Shown one piece after another: positions 34,390 to 45,185 of a stretch of DNA of 62,700 bases. The notes under the pieces are model-generated. The model saw nothing but the letters and a program-made list of their open reading frames with translations. It searched no databases and was not told the DNA's origin. The DNA comes from a virus. Its lineage: Duplodnaviria > Caudoviricetes. The position numbers and the translations under genes were made by a program. How positions within the stretch are numbered: the first letter of the stretch is position 1; the number at the start of each line of letters is the position of its first letter. The stretch lies in IMG/VR virus record IMGVR_UViG_3300048625_000103, positions 1 through 62,700 of that record, one strand, 5' to 3'.

Positions 34390-36293
34390 AGCAAAAAAAG
34401 CCAGTGCAAATGCACCCAATCTTGCGCGCGCAGATTCGTCAAAAGTGGGAATCAGAATCCATCAATGCACTGATCCATGCGCTCACAGGAAACAACAAAG
34501 ACAAGCTGTTGGCCTACGGTTCAATCATGATGTTTGTTGCCAGTGCTTGTGCCGCTTATACAGGCATCAGTGAAGACAGCATCAAGTTCAGAGTGATCCG
34601 TGGAGCCATTAATGCTCTTGATGATTTGAAAGAGCGGCCGTTAATAACATCGGTTGATCGCGGATCTATTTACTCTGGGTTGATTGCATCTCAAGAGCTG
34701 ATCAAAGGTTCGCCAGTTGAGGTTGTCAACGATGCAGCCAACATGTACAAGCTCATGGAGCAGCAGCTTGGGATGACCGCATCATGAGCATTGAGATTGA
34801 TTCGACAGGTGCCGCGGCCGTGGACCAAGACTATTTCTGGAAAGAGATTGAGAGCTGTCCACGAGGGGTGAAGGTCCAACTTCTTAGCTCGGGTGGAGTG
34901 GCCATGTACGGCCAATACAACGGCAAAGACAAGTTTTACACACACTGGGCACCACTGCCAAAAGTAAAAAACAAAGGGGATAAAAAATGATGAGAGAACT
35001 TATGAATCGATTAGCTGGCGTCTTTCGTTTGCCTAGCGCAGACATGATGGCCGTTAAAGAACTTGATGAAGCAAAGCGTTCGCTGTTGCAGATGCAATCG
35101 GCACAGGACTATGCAAAGCGAATGTGCGAGTATCACCAAGATAGATGCAAGCGTTTGAGCGCATACCTTGTTAAAGAGCAGCAGTCATGACAGCAACGTG
35201 GGCGCTTGTTTACATGCTGTGGACTGGTGGTTGGACCCCTCAGTACGCGGTACCTTTTTCATCTCGTGCGGAGTGCATGCGCAACATTCCAAGCAAAGAA
35301 AAAGTGAACGAGAAATACATCTGCGTACCAATTTCAAAGGATTGAAATCATGATTGAGATAATGGAAGACCTGTGCGGCTTTGCTGTTGTTTGCTATTTG
35401 TTGGCGGTGTACTTCAGATGAACGACGAACTCACGTTTCACTTATTCCTTATGGGCACATGTCTTGTTGCTCTTGGGATCATCGTCATTCCAGTGATGGC
35501 TGCAATTGCAATCAAGGCGGCAGATCGTGATTGAGTTTCACAAAATAGCCAATCCAAAACCATTGGTTTCGATTGATCAACATGGCGAGGTTCAAATCTT
35601 TTGGGATGCAGTTGAAGAGTTGGCCAAAGAGTACAAGCCACTTTGTCACAACGAAACAAACACGGCATGGGCGTATGTCTTGATGAAACTGAAAAATGAA
35701 CATTGACTTAACTTGGAAAATCAAATGACAAAAACAGAAATGACAACACTCTTGCGCAGCGTGGGAGTTAACGAGAACACGATCACCGCGATGGAAAACG
35801 CTTTTGAGATCGGTGTTGAGCAAGGGAGATCTGAGTTTGTGGAAGTTGAAGGCCGCTTCTATTCAGATTCAGGATTTCATACTTATTACGAACGTCAACG
35901 AGGTGAGGAATGACAAACATTAATGCCTTTCATCCTGATTTTGTGAAGACGCACATGCCTCAGTTCATGAGTGACATCAAGACCAACTCACGTCAAGCGG
36001 GGGCCGGTGCAACGCTTTCAAAGCACGTCACAAAGAAGCGTGAGACAACCCCATCGCACGGAACGGTTTACGGAATGTCAAAGGTCACTCGCGAGTCCAG
36101 CAACCTAACGCCCAACCAACTTCATGAGTTCCCAAAGACCAAGAAGGTGCAGAAGGGGTGGCAGCGCACCAAGGAACGAGAGATGACAATGGAAGAGATC
36201 AAAGAAGATCTGTCGGCCATGCAGCGAGCAAAGATGGCATCAAAAGAATTTCACACGTTAACAAAACCAGTTGCATCAAAGGAAAAGAAATGA
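34386..36293 (+). CDS. Run of small hypothetical genes (34386-34787, 34784-34990, 34987-35190, about 35725-35913, 35910-36293 and shorter ones)
   Basis: Same strand, overlapping stop/start codons; no confident family assignment. Confidence 0.5.
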
Positions 36294-36601
36294 GCACTTA
36301 CAAAGATTTGGAAATGAAGGTTATCCAGTGGGGTGAGGCGCGCGGTATCGTGCAGAACTCAACGCCAGAGGCGCAATGGCATAAGACCAAAGAGGAAGTG
36401 CGTGAGTTGTATGAGGCCATACGAACCAACAACCTAGCCGAAATGAAAGACGCCTATGGGGACATTTTGGTCACGCTGATCATGGGTTGTGCAACGGCCG
36501 ACATTGACCTGACGGAATGCCTTGAGTTGGCATACAACGAGATCAAGGACCGCAAGGGCTACCTCAACAAGGACGGCATCTTCGTGAAAGAAGTGAAATG
36601 A
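36290..36601 (+). CDS. MazG-like nucleotide pyrophosphohydrolase
   Basis: KTKEEVREL...DAYGDILVTL...AYNEIKDRKG motif; start reassigned to MSTYK. Confidence 0.85.
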   Translation: MSTYKDLEMKVIQWGEARGIVQNSTPEAQWHKTKEEVRELYEAIRTNNLAEMKDAYGDILVTLIMGCATADIDLTECLELAYNEIKDRKGYLNKDGIFVKEVK

Positions 36602-36936
36602 AGCTGTCCATTGTCCTGCTTGTGTTGTTCTTGGCGGGGTGCGCTACGGGGCACGATATCCAAGGGTTCACTGCGCTGGATAAGGACAAACGAGTCACTA
36701 ACCGAACGATGGTTGCATGGGTAGTATTGGATGATGTTCATGCTTTCTGCATGGATGATTTGAATATGTCTCAGCCCGTGGGTGCGCAAGCGCTTACGCC
36801 GCGTGGCAAAGTTCTCGCCTGCTCCCGCAACACAGGTAATACCTGCACCATCTTCACTGCAAAAGATACAAGCATGACCTTGCTAGGGCATGAGCTACGA
36901 CACTGCTTTGAAGGTGCATTCCATGACTACAACTGA
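36598..36936 (+). CDS. Lipoprotein with HExxH motif
   Basis: Lipobox LAGC; LLGHELRHCF. Confidence 0.65.
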   Translation: MKLSIVLLVLFLAGCATGHDIQGFTALDKDKRVTNRTMVAWVVLDDVHAFCMDDLNMSQPVGAQALTPRGKVLACSRNTGNTCTIFTAKDTSMTLLGHELRHCFEGAFHDYN

Positions 36937-37049
36937 GGACTAACCATGTGGCCGTTCCCAACCCAAGACAACCCGCTCAAATCGTGGACACCTAAGCAGG
37001 TGCGTGAGTACGCACAGCAACAACGCAGCAAAGAAGAGGATGCACTGTT

Positions 37050-37754
37050 ATGAGTAAAGAAGCAATGAAGCAGGCGCTTGAGGCGTTGACATTTTCACAA
37101 AGCGATTCAATAGCGGTAGAGGAATTGATTGACGATGCAATTATTGCCCTAGAAGAAGCACTAGCCAAGCAAGAGCAGGGTGAGCCTGTTTGGTCACTTG
37201 AAGATTGTGTGCGCACTTTAAAAACCCTGAACTACATAGAAGGAATTGCTGTAAAAGGCGAAGGTCGTCAAATGCGAGAGGATGAGTCGCTTGAGCAATT
37301 CATCCTTGGGTATGTAAAACGATTGGAAGCAGCATTTGCAAAGCAAGAGCAGGGTGAGCCAGCACCTGTGCAGAAGCCCGTTTGCCAAAAATGTGGCGGA
37401 ACAGGCAAAGTCGAAGAAGGCGGCGTTTATCCATCTGGGGATTTAGCGTATTTGCCCTGTGAATGCGCCACCACCTCACCCGCAGCACAACACAAGCCGC
37501 TGACGGATAAGACGGAAGGAAGAAGTGATCTAGAAATTGTCATTCAGACCGAAGACGTTGCGGCATTACTGATGCTTGAGATTTACCAACGAGAGTTAGG
37601 CGGCATAGCAAACCCTTTCAGGGACTCCGAGAACCCGCGAGCAAAACATTGCTGGCGCCTTGCTTGTCGCCTTCAAGAGATGCTGACAAACACCGACCCG
37701 ATGAACGCTGTCGCAGCAGTGGACGACGAAACCGCCCACGGCATTAAGGACTAA
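37050..37754 (+). CDS. Modular multi-segment protein with Zn-finger-like insert
   Basis: EAMKQALEAL start, two KQEQGEP linkers, CxxCGG...CxC, KPLTD, AHGIKD end. Confidence 0.65.
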   Translation: MSKEAMKQALEALTFSQSDSIAVEELIDDAIIALEEALAKQEQGEPVWSLEDCVRTLKTLNYIEGIAVKGEGRQMREDESLEQFILGYVKRLEAAFAKQEQGEPAPVQKPVCQKCGGTGKVEEGGVYPSGDLAYLPCECATTSPAAQHKPLTDKTEGRSDLEIVIQTEDVAALLMLEIYQRELGGIANPFRDSENPRAKHCWRLACRLQEMLTNTDPMNAVAAVDDETAHGIKD

Positions 37755-37757
37755 GAC

Positions 37758-37988
37758 ATGACAGATGAGCAATACGAAGAGCTAAGTTGCCCGCAGCCTT
37801 CATTCGTGGTTCGATCTTTGCGCGACAACCCAGACTACATAAAATGCCCGCGCTGCTGGAACTATACGCACGAAGGGTTGCATAACCATGACGGCCTATG
37901 TGATAGATGCTGCACTGTATTAATTGAAGCATGGCCGGATCATGAAAGTGTTCCACACATCAAAAAAAGGAGAGAGGCTAATGGCTAA
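37758..37988 (+). CDS. Small Zn-finger protein
   Basis: KCPRCW...LCDRC, resembling the FPG/IleRS-type zinc finger. Confidence 0.55.
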   Translation: MTDEQYEELSCPQPSFVVRSLRDNPDYIKCPRCWNYTHEGLHNHDGLCDRCCTVLIEAWPDHESVPHIKKRREANG

Positions 37989-38291
37989 TGAGGCAGGCAA
38001 AGGCGACAAGCAGCGCCCGACAGATCATGAAAAGTTTGCGTTCAACTACGAAAACATTTTCAAAAAGAACTCATCAAAAGAGAAGAATGAAGAGTTGCGA
38101 ACTTGGTACACACCAGAAGAATTGAAAGAAAAGAAAGAGGGAAACGATGTTTAAAGCACGACAGGTATTTGAAGCGTTCATGCGTTCCAAAGGTAAGGAC
38201 GTTAGCTGGGATGGCAACAAGTACAACACGCCAAACATTCAAACGAAGTGGCGCTATTTCTTGATCGGCTGGACACAGCGGGAGATGCACG

Positions 38292-39104
38292 ATGGAGCGT
38301 AAGTTACTTGGTATTGATGTAATCCGCATCGACGGAGATACACAATCGCGCGCTGAGATCGATCAGGCAATGGTTGCAGAGTATTCAACCAACATGCAAG
38401 ACGGAGATCAGTTTCCTGCTGTTGTTGCTTACTTTGATGGCGTCAATTACTGGCTTGGTGATGGCTTCCATCGCTATCACGCAACCAAGAAGGCTGGCAT
38501 CGGATCTATCTTGGCAGATGTGATCAACGGCACAAATCGTGATGCTCAGTTGTATTCGCTTGGTGCTAACTCTTTGCATGGCTTACGTCGCAAAAACGCA
38601 GACAAGCGTAAAGCGGTGATGACCATGCTGAACGACTTTGAGTGGCAAGAGTGGAGCAATGCAGAGATCGCACGCCACTGTCGCGTATCTCCTACGCTTG
38701 TTGCATCGTTGCGCGGTGATGATGCACCTGACGTTCGTAAATTCAAGATGGCAGACGGCACAGTTGCAGAAAAGCGTGTGCCTAAGCGAGCTGAACAGGC
38801 AGCATCTAAGCCGGTTGCAGAAGAGCCAGTTGTGGATAGCAACAGCGACCATGACGACATGGTGGCCGAGCTGGTAGCAGAGAACGAGCGTGTCAATGAT
38901 CGCTTGGCAGTGGCTGCTATGGAAGGCACAGAGGAAGAGAAGGCCATGGCTGCCGACACAATCGAAAGCCTGCGCGAAGAGATCCGCATCTTGAAGATCG
39001 AGCTGGTGGCAGTGAAGCAAAGCCGTGACCAGTACCAATCAGAGAATGGCCAGATGAAGAAGCAAATGTCCATGTACGAACGAAAGCTAAAGGCTAAATC
39101 ATGA
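38292..39104 (+). CDS. ParB-like protein (ParB/Srx N-domain, HTH, coiled coil)
   Basis: YWLGDGFHRYHA, HGLRR, WSNAEIARHCRVSPTLV HTH, C-terminal coiled coil. Confidence 0.8.
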   Translation: MERKLLGIDVIRIDGDTQSRAEIDQAMVAEYSTNMQDGDQFPAVVAYFDGVNYWLGDGFHRYHATKKAGIGSILADVINGTNRDAQLYSLGANSLHGLRRKNADKRKAVMTMLNDFEWQEWSNAEIARHCRVSPTLVASLRGDDAPDVRKFKMADGTVAEKRVPKRAEQAASKPVAEEPVVDSNSDHDDMVAELVAENERVNDRLAVAAMEGTEEEKAMAADTIESLREEIRILKIELVAVKQSRDQYQSENGQMKKQMSMYERKLKAKS

Positions 39105-39364
39105 TCAATATTCATGAAACTTTGAGTGAGCGACAAGCAACCCACGGTGATTTTGCAACTCATGCGTTGATTGCTCAAAGCATCAAATGCCAAATGTTTA
39201 ATGCTCATGGGTATGTAGCGCTGAGTGCCATGCAACGAGAGGCGTTGGACATGATCGCCCATAAGATTGCCCGCATTTTGAATGGCAACCCAGATGTTCA
39301 TGATCATTGGCATGACATTGGGGGATATGCAACTTTGGTCGCCAATACGATGGAACCGAAGTAG
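39101..39364 (+). CDS. Conserved phage protein (DUF6378-like)
   Basis: ERQATHGDF...HKIARI...DHWHDIGGYA. Confidence 0.65.
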   Translation: MINIHETLSERQATHGDFATHALIAQSIKCQMFNAHGYVALSAMQREALDMIAHKIARILNGNPDVHDHWHDIGGYATLVANTMEPK

Positions 39365-39383
39365 AACCAATTTTCTTTGGTTC
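39364..39383. promoter_or_regulatory. Dispersed palindrome copy 3, upstream of the helicase
   Basis: GAACCAATTTTCTTTGGTTC, identical to copy 2. Confidence 0.7.
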
Positions 39384-39425
39384 GCCCAAGCCAGCGGGCG
39401 TTGTGTGCTGGCAGTGGAGAGATAC

Positions 39426-40919
39426 ATGGGACTTAATTTACGTCCGTACCAAGCGGAGATTTTGGAAGCATTGAGAAAGGGATTTGCGGCAGGCCATCGT
39501 TCGCAGATCCTTTATCTTCCAACGGGTGGTGGCAAAACAGAGTGCGCAATTGCTCTGCTTGAAGCAACCAAGATTAAGGGAAACAAAGCGGCCATGCTGT
39601 TGGACCGCATCATCCTTTGTGATCAGACAAGCCAGCGTCTTGACAAGTACAAGATTGAACACGGTGTGCTCCAGTCTGGCCATTGGAGGCACCGGCCATA
39701 CGAGAACATTCAGATCTGCTCCGCTCAGACATTGGAGAAGCGTGGATCTTTTCCAGACCTCAAGATCTTGATCATCGATGAATGCCATGCGACCCGCGCG
39801 CAGACGGTTGAGTTCATCAAGAACAACCCAGACGTGAAGGTAATTGGCTTGTCGGCCACCCCTTTCACCAAAGGTTTATCAAACATTTATCATTCAGTGG
39901 TTAGCACAATCACGACAAAAGATCTGGTTGATCAGAAGGTTTTGGTTCCGCTCAAAGTGTTCGTGGCCAAAGAAATTGACATGGACGGAGCCAAGAAAGT
40001 AGCGGGCGAATGGTCTCAAGCAGAGTCATCAACGCGTGGTATGCAGATCACTGGCGACATCGTTGCAGAGTGGATCAAGAAGACGCACGAGATATACGGA
40101 AAGCCTCGCAAGACCATTGTGTTTTGCTCAGGTGTTGAGCATGGCGCCGATCTGTCAAAGAAGTTTGCGGAACAGGGATACAACTTCATCAGCATTAGCT
40201 ACCGTGATGATGACGAGTTCAAGAAGGATGTCATCGACGACTTTAGCAAGCCTGACACGGAGATTCACGGCCTGATCGCAACGGACATTCTTACCAAGGG
40301 ATTCGACGTGCCTGACGTGATGATCGGGGTATCTGCGCGGCCATTCTCAAAGTCTTTATCAAGTCACATTCAGCAGATGGGTAGGGTGATGCGCGGCATG
40401 CCTCATGCACCCGAAGAGAAGCCGTTTGCGGTCTGGCTTGATCACTCAGGTAACTATCTGCGCTTCCGTGAAGACTGGGACGCGGTGTATGAGAACGGTG
40501 TGCACGAGCTGGACGACGGCAAAGAGAAGGCCAAGAAAGAAAAGACAGAGACAGAGAAGAAGGAAGCCAAGTGTCCGGTGTGTAGTCATCTGTGGCCGTC
40601 TGGTTCTGATAAATGCCTGCATTGTGGCCACGAACGAGAACGTCGAAGCAAGGTGGCAGAGGTGGCCGGTGAAATGGAAGAGCTTAAAGGCGCCATGTCC
40701 AAGGACGACAAGCAACAATTCTGGTCAATGTGCCAGTACAAGATTGCCAACAGTGGATGGTCTGAAAGTAGAGCGCTGGCCGCATACAAATCTAAGTTCA
40801 GCGTGTGGCCAAAGGGCCTGCATAAAACACCAATCACTCCGGATGCGAAGTTCGACAGGACGGCGAAAGCTGGGATGATCCGTTACCTTAAGGGTAAAGC
40901 GAAAGGGGAAAACAAATGA
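39426..40919 (+). CDS. Superfamily 2 DExH helicase with Zn finger
   Basis: LRPYQ, PTGGGKT, DECH, SAT, QQMGRVMR and two CxxC; start reassigned to MGLNL. Confidence 0.9.
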   Translation: MGLNLRPYQAEILEALRKGFAAGHRSQILYLPTGGGKTECAIALLEATKIKGNKAAMLLDRIILCDQTSQRLDKYKIEHGVLQSGHWRHRPYENIQICSAQTLEKRGSFPDLKILIIDECHATRAQTVEFIKNNPDVKVIGLSATPFTKGLSNIYHSVVSTITTKDLVDQKVLVPLKVFVAKEIDMDGAKKVAGEWSQAESSTRGMQITGDIVAEWIKKTHEIYGKPRKTIVFCSGVEHGADLSKKFAEQGYNFISISYRDDDEFKKDVIDDFSKPDTEIHGLIATDILTKGFDVPDVMIGVSARPFSKSLSSHIQQMGRVMRGMPHAPEEKPFAVWLDHSGNYLRFREDWDAVYENGVHELDDGKEKAKKEKTETEKKEAKCPVCSHLWPSGSDKCLHCGHERERRSKVAEVAGEMEELKGAMSKDDKQQFWSMCQYKIANSGWSESRALAAYKSKFSVWPKGLHKTPITPDAKFDRTAKAGMIRYLKGKAKGENK

Positions 40920-41421
40920 CAAAAGAAGAATCAGATCGCTACATTAGAAATCTAGCATCGAGGGCAACCAGACTATCTGTAGAAGATTGGCACATACCAA
41001 GCTTTTCTAAGCATGAAAAAACCATCATAGACAATATGGAATTTTTGTATTGGATGGTTCAACTTGCCAAGATAGATGAGCGTGAAGCGTGCGCAAAGGT
41101 GTGTGACACAGAATGGAACGGTGATTCAGACACATTTGAATACGCTGCCGCCTGTAACGAATGTGCCGAAGCAATCCGAGCAAGGAAGAAAGCATGACAC
41201 AAGAAATTATTGATATGGCTATACGTGCTGGTATACCAAGTGTAAATGTACCTTCATTGGGGTTTGGGCGCGTTGAAACTGGCTTGGAATTACTGGTAGC
41301 CTTTGCCAAACTGGTAGCAGCTAAAGAGCGCGAGGAGTGTGCTGATCTGATGTTTGAAATTGATCTATGTGGTCGAGAGCATGCAGCATTTGAAGCAATT
41401 AAAGCAAGAGGTGAAGCATGA
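40916..41421 (+). CDS. Two related small proteins (40916-41197, 41194-41421) with ERExCA...AI(R/K)AR module
   Basis: Shared motif; ATGA coupling. Confidence 0.6.
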
Positions 41422-41581
41422 CAGTAGATAGCGTAATTATTGAGAAGGTTGTGCCTATGCTTTATGAATTAATAGACCAACTGCTCAACACAGAAGGCCA
41501 TGATAAAAAATTAGTGGTGGCAGCGAAGAAGTTGCTACCTGCTAAATATAAAAATTCATTTGCAAACGAAAAAGGTAAAGC

Positions 41582-42409
41582 ATGGACTTCTTAACCTATT
41601 GCAAACTCAACGACATTTTGATTGACTATCTGCCGCCGCTTGGAGTCTGGCGCCGGTACCCGACTGTTGACCATCCATCAAAACGTAACGGGGCCGTGAA
41701 ATACATGGGCACATACGGATTTATCCAAAACTGGGCCACCAACTTGGAGGTCGAAGTTTGGAAGTCAGATGCACCAAACGATTTTGATCGGGCCAAGCTA
41801 ATGCGTGACGTTAAGGCCGCCGAAGACAAGAAGCGCGCGCTGCAACGTGAGGCAGCAGGAAAGGCAGCATGGATTCTCAAACAGTGCCAGTTCGGCCACC
41901 ATCAGTATCTAATCGGGAAGGGATACGACGACGAGCAGGTCAACGTCTGGGCTCATGAGGGCATCAAGACAATGGTGATACCTATGCGCGTGGATGGCCA
42001 TCTTGTGGGTGTTCAGCTAATCGATGAGGCCGGTGTAAAGAAGTTTCTATTTGGCCAACGGACTAGCGGCGCCTCATTCATATTTGATAACCGAGGCCCA
42101 AACGTTTTGTGTGAAGGGTATGCCACGGCACTAGCCATTCGTAAGGCATTAAAAAACATGAAGAGGCGATACACCCTCCATGTTTGTTTCAGTGCTGGCA
42201 ATATGGTTAAAGTCGCGGCCGCTCTAGGTAGTGGGTTCGTCGTGGCAGACAACGATGCGAGCGGTACGGGTGAGCGTGTGGCCAAGGAGATTGGCTGGCC
42301 GTATTTCATGCCGGATGTTGTCGGTGAAGATGCCGACGATTCTCTAAAAAGGTTGGGCCTGTTTAAGTTCAGTCAGGCCCTTGTAAAGTCAATGCAAGGA
42401 ATCATTTGA
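41582..42409 (+). CDS. TOPRIM-domain primase-like protein
   Basis: CEGYATAL, CFSAGN and ADND motifs. Confidence 0.8.
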   Translation: MDFLTYCKLNDILIDYLPPLGVWRRYPTVDHPSKRNGAVKYMGTYGFIQNWATNLEVEVWKSDAPNDFDRAKLMRDVKAAEDKKRALQREAAGKAAWILKQCQFGHHQYLIGKGYDDEQVNVWAHEGIKTMVIPMRVDGHLVGVQLIDEAGVKKFLFGQRTSGASFIFDNRGPNVLCEGYATALAIRKALKNMKRRYTLHVCFSAGNMVKVAAALGSGFVVADNDASGTGERVAKEIGWPYFMPDVVGEDADDSLKRLGLFKFSQALVKSMQGII

Positions 42410-44089
42410 ATCGACGAACCGCTGCACTTTAAAAAGTCCGGCGGCGTCTCGCTCAAGTGCTTTGAGCCCGTCCATGATCTCAATGCCAATATCAAGGGCT
42501 CGGCTGGGCCTGCCTACGATCTCAGCTTTGGCGATCACGGTTCCGTCTGGCTCTTCGGTTAGGTAGACGGCGAATATGTGGGCCTTCATAGTGGGGCATC
42601 CTGTTGTTGTTCGCGCTGCTGCTTGGCGTATTCGCGGCACTGTTTGGGTGTCCAAGGTACGGCGGGGAAGGGTGGAAAGGGCCACATTATGCGGCCTCTC
42701 TCAGCTCCTCAATGGTTGAGATATGCCAGTCTCCGTCCCACCCTTTAAGCGGCGTAAACCCTCCACCATCCAGCTCTCGGGCAATACCCCACGCTTCGGC
42801 CTCGCTACTGGCCTCCACCTCAGTCTCGCAGTAGACGGTATAACTTGCGGTAACTTTAAATTTTTTCATGGTTGGCCTTTTTAAAATGCGTCGATTAATT
42901 GGTTGTCATCGGTTAGGACGGCGTAACGGATAACGGCGCCTCCTTCCATCATGTCGGTGGCAGCTTGCACAATCTCACGTAAGTCGGCCACGGGGCCTAC
43001 GTCTTTGCCTCTGTAATAGTGGTCGTCCATGTATATGAACTTAACGCCTCCCATTTCGATGGCTTGTTTAAAATGGGTGTATTGGTCGTCGCGGTAAAAA
43101 ATTACTTTCATGTCGGGCCTTTGTTAGTTTTTGCGGGCTTCTGCGCGGCCTTGCTCAATCAGGCGGCGGGCTTCGGGTTTGTCGGTGATGTGCTCACCTT
43201 CAAGCATGTGTCGGATACCTTCGGCTATGCCTGCGGCCTTCTGTGGCTCTGCGCGTTCGTACCTGTAACCCGCGTCGATATATTGGTGCTCTGTGTGTCG
43301 CATTTTTTATTCTCCAAGTGCTGCGCGGATTCGTGCCACGGTTGCGGTTACGGCTCCAGCTTTATAGATCGGGCTTCCTTCGTGGTCTTCCACAAAGGGT
43401 AAGGCCACATAGAGGGCGTTTTCGAGTTCTTCTATCCGTGCGGATAGTGTGGCGTTATCGTTCATGGCTTGGCCTTTCAAAATAGAGCGTTTTGTGCCGT
43501 TGTTGTGCGCGGCTGGTTCGGTGTGTGGCTCAGCGTGAAGGCTGCGGCCTCTGTTGCTTGGTGCGGGTCGCGCGGGTGCCATAAATCGGCCTCTGTGTTT
43601 AGGTGGTTGGCGTGGTTCAGGTCTGCGGGGTTGCCTTCCTTCTCATAGCGGGCAAGATAGGTTTGTGCCATGGCGCGGAGGGCTGAGGCTTTGTTATGCG
43701 GTTTCATCGCGTCAAAGGCGCGGACTAATGCGGCGTTATCGTTCATGTCTTGCCCCTTAAATGTTGGTGTGTCGTGCGGTAATGCGGCGGGCTTTGCCTT
43801 GCTGTTGGCCTTGCCTGATTTGTGCCACGTTTCCATAGAATTCGATCTCGTCCACGGCCTCGGCAAAAGCTGCGGCGGCCTCTTCTTCATGTAGATAGAA
43901 AGTGCGGCGGGCTGGTTGCTCGTAATGGGTAATCTCCACGAAGTGAAGGCGGGTCGGCGTAATGCTCAGGATTGCAGAGCGCGGGCACCTTTCCACTGCT
44001 TGCACGATAGTGGCGGCGGCTTCGGGGCTGCTGGCCGTGGTGTGGATGCGGGCTTTTGTCGTTTCGACGGTGTATGGTTGCGGTGTCAT
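42389..44089 (-). CDS. Leftward cluster of small hypothetical genes (42389-42589, 42687-42869, 42881-43111, 43124-43303, 43307-43465, 43477-43746, 43757-44089)
   Basis: Contiguous short ORFs, most with AAGG-type RBS; probable early region. Confidence 0.55.
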
Positions 44090-44099
44090 GGTCTTATTC

Positions 44100-44707
44100 T
44101 CAGAAGTAGAACTCTTGGCAATATGTGAGAAGGGTCGATTGTTCGATGTCAAAAAATTGCGTCATTGGTGTTCCCCAGTCTTGGTATTGCAGCCATGCGC
44201 GGCATGGTTGCTGATACTGGTCAAGCTCTCCGCGAATCTCAACGTGTGGGCCACCAGTGCAAAGGACAATTCGAAACTCTGCGGCGCTCAGGTCTCCGCC
44301 TACAACGTCCCAGCCGCTACGCACTTCTACGCTGAGCGGTCTTCCTGTATGCGTTGTTGTGCGTCCTCTTGGTCGGTACAGTCGCCCGCTTGATCTTCTA
44401 AATCTTTCAGCTCTTCGGCGTTTTCCTCGTCCCACAATGTAAGGGCGGCGACTGCCTCGCGCATGGTGTTCTGTTCGCGTGTGCTGCTTGAATAGCTGCG
44501 GCATGCTTCGGCGTGTGTGGCTTCGGCTTCGGTCACGGCTTCGGCTAACTCTTCGCGTTCGTCTCGCAACTCTTGCAGGCGGTCATAGTCGCAGGTAAGC
44601 GCACAAACCATGTCAACAAGGCTTTCCGCTTGTGCTTTGGCCTGTTGGTGGCCGTGGTCTTCTTTGGCTTCGGCTTGGCTTGGTGTTAATAGTGTTTCGG
44701 TGTTCAT
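44100..44707 (-). pseudogene. Single gene split by a 1-nt frameshift near 44338
   Basis: ...RIQED in one frame and PLSVEVRSGW... in another; adding one C gives a continuous IQEDPLSVEVRSGW. Confidence 0.6.
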
Positions 44708-44729
44708 GGTTTGGCTTTCGGTTGGTTGG

Positions 44730-45185
44730 TTAATCGTGGCATGGTGTGAAGCTGGCGACAATCGCGCCACGGCTCACAATGACGGCTGACGGGTACAGCA
44801 TGGCCCATTCTTGGGCGGCTTCGCGTGTCAGTGTGTAATGCGTGGCGCTAGGCAGTGGCAGATACTCACCTGTGCCAATGGTTTGGAAACCATAGCGGCG
44901 AGACAATGCGCGGAGGATAGCGGCGCGTGTGATGCGGTAGAGGGTGCGTGCGGTGTTCATGTCGTCGGCTCCTGCTGGTTAAAGTTTGGTGATGGTCACA
45001 TCGTCGGCTGTGTAACTGTCAACTCCAGCGCATGGCGTAAATTCATGCCCTGAGTTGCAAAGTGCGGCAAAGGCCACGGCATCAGCCTTGCTGGCGAACC
45101 TTAAGTAATCGTGATACAGGCGCCCTTTGAGCGGACCGCTAGTGATGCGCTTGGAATAGTTGACCTGATATGTGTAAGGCGGCAT
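44730..45185 (-). CDS. Two small hypothetical genes (44730-44960, 44979-45185)
   Basis: GGAG RBSs; first genes of the leftward cluster. Confidence 0.55.
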
